Source of the DNA: Glycera tridactyla | Lineage: Eukaryota | Direction: 5' to 3' | NCBI GenBank assembly: GCA_965644265.1 | Contig: OZ286474.1 | Coordinates: 57,288,001-57,352,000, forward strand | DNA: 64,000 nt | Shown here: in pieces, positions 62,020 to 64,000 of the stretch | How positions within the stretch are numbered: position 1 is the stretch's first letter | Layout: every line of letters starts with the position of its first letter | Made by a program: the position numbers and the translations under genes | The notes under the pieces: model-generated | Databases searched by the model: none | What the model saw: only the letters and a program-made list of their open reading frames with translations | What the model was told of the DNA's origin: nothing

Positions 62020-64000
62020 TGAAAAAGGAGCGCTGAGTATCTGCCCTGCAGGCCGTGGACTCAATAGGGCATGCAATTCACACGCAATGATGATAAGATG
62101 AGCACATTCATGAGATGTGACATGTTGGTAATTGTGGTGGGAAACCAGATCGGTGCCACGTCACTTGCTCTACATGTCAGCATCCCCGCCCAATCCCCCA
62201 TATGTCTGTTGTGGGTAGGTCGTAGTGATGCAAATGCCTTGATGCTTTTCTAAGGTGAACACCTCTACTTCTATATTCACATTCCAGTTTTTTTAGGATG
62301 CCTGCCTTACTTGGATAACTATTGATGAGTCTATCCTTCGTGGAAATGGCTCCTACTTTTAGACATTTCTTACCAGCTCATGATCAATCTTGGCTCGCCA
62401 TCAGGTTTGACAGTGTTGATGATATGAATACTCTCTACTTTTTTCTGTTCATTTGAAACTGATGTTTCATTTTGCATTATGGGTAAATGTTGAAGCATTT
62501 CAATCTTAGGAGGCATTAAAGCGTTTGATTGTATGCATTGTGATTTATGAGGGAAATTCAAATGTTCAATGATTGGGTTTTGAGAGTAAGATATCCCCAT
62601 CCCGGCCATTTCGACACAGTGAGCAGCTGGAGGACTGGATGAATGTGGAAATTCAAATTGATTTCTCTCACACTCACCGGCAGAGGACATGTGTGTTACC
62701 AGGCATCTTTTTTTCGGCATACATGCCTAATTAGGCTATTTTGACTGGTCATTTACCTATCTTTATACCTATTTTGTCCATTGTTTTGCGGATGTCTTTA
62801 ACCTGTATGCTTTCGTATTGATTTTTTCAAATGTTTTCACTCGCACCCAACATGAACAATCTTCTCACTCTTCCATCATCGTTCAGTCGAACAATTGTCT
62901 CTCCATCGGAGAGTAGCGTCGTGCCTTTGTTGATACGACGGTTCAGACCTTTCTCAGTTTTACATAGGCTCTCCGCACGTGTTCTTGTCTCCATGCCATG
63001 TAATCGACATCAAAATTCGACCGTGTATCCAATATCTATCCCGAGAGATGAAATGTTTAATGTAATTTCCCGTGAGAATCATATCTTTTGTATTCGGCGA
63101 AATCGACATCATGATGGGAAAAGACTAATCCAGATATTGAAATACGATGAAGAACGCATTTCCTCGTACAGAATCGATATCAGGGCGACATCTGGAACGG
63201 AACCTGTCAGCGCTGTCCTCACGACACTGGCAACATTCTCCCTCAGGGCACATTCCCATGGATTTGAGGTTCTGTGTCGTCAGCAACGGATGACGTCACT
63301 AAATCGATGCCCTCCTATGAGGGTTTGTATTCCGCAAAAAAAGATGCACCGCTGCTGGGGACGCTCCCCTGCTTTTCGCAAAGAAGGGCCAAGGCTAATT
63401 CACGTGCACACAGAAAAGGCCAAAATACACGACCGGCCTCAGAGATTTCTGTCAGGATTTGAGTCATGGATGATCCCTCCCATGCTACTGTTTGTCTGTC
63501 TCCATACAAAGCATTCGATGCTGACAATAATCTACAAAAGATATGAATGAAGAAATCTAAGGAGTGGCATATTTATTTTCGATTGCAGTTTGAGTGTTTT
63601 CAAATTTCACGAGAATGGTCAATCAAATGGTGATACGATTTACATCCCACTTCCAAAGTAGGGATAGGAAGGGAGTGGAAAACCCGAACACTTTTTGCTT
63701 TCATCTGCAGTGATCAGAACTGAAATATCGGGGAGGTTGAAATCGTACTGAAAATCTGCATGCCGTATCTATCAGTCTGGTGAAGTATATTCCGTATCAG
63801 TACTGCAGTTGTATCGCTTTCATGCACCATCAGTGATTTTTTATGTCAGCAGATTCCACTTGAAAATGAATAAAATGGTCTGATCCTCGCTTGAGGTAAA
63901 TAGCACTTTGATGACAGGTTCGATGATCGTAAAAACTGTTTTACAAATCAACTGTGTCATCAAGACCCTTTTCAGATCAAACTATGGGATAACAGTGTGA

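Overview
Gapped (7 N-runs), microsatellite-rich animal genomic DNA, probably an invertebrate draft assembly (inference). No prokaryotic, rRNA, tRNA or CRISPR features were found. Three mobile-element structures are well supported. (1) A complete AcademX-type DNA transposon at 2023-9233. It has TAG...CTA termini, a perfect 20-bp terminal inverted repeat (TIR) and a TTT target-site duplication (TSD). It encodes a transposase, an XPG/FEN1-like nuclease and a Cys-rich tail in a 4.8-kb reading frame broken by one -1 frameshift. (2) A non-autonomous foldback-like element at 33296-38249 with the same end signature (TAG...CTA, TTA TSD) and ~630-bp arms whose identity rises from the ends toward the centre. 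(3) Two retroelement insertions nested in that element: a young LINE with an intact AP-endonuclease and C-terminus but no RT core, and a 178-bp retroposon 3' fragment with an 11-bp TSD. The rest holds a degenerate ~200-bp tandem array, two recent tandem duplications, a probable decayed SINE, simple repeats and a few unproven candidate host exons. No host gene could be identified with confidence. Academ is a known superfamily, so the novelty lies in the specifics (nesting, RT-less LINE, arm gradient), not in a new class of system.
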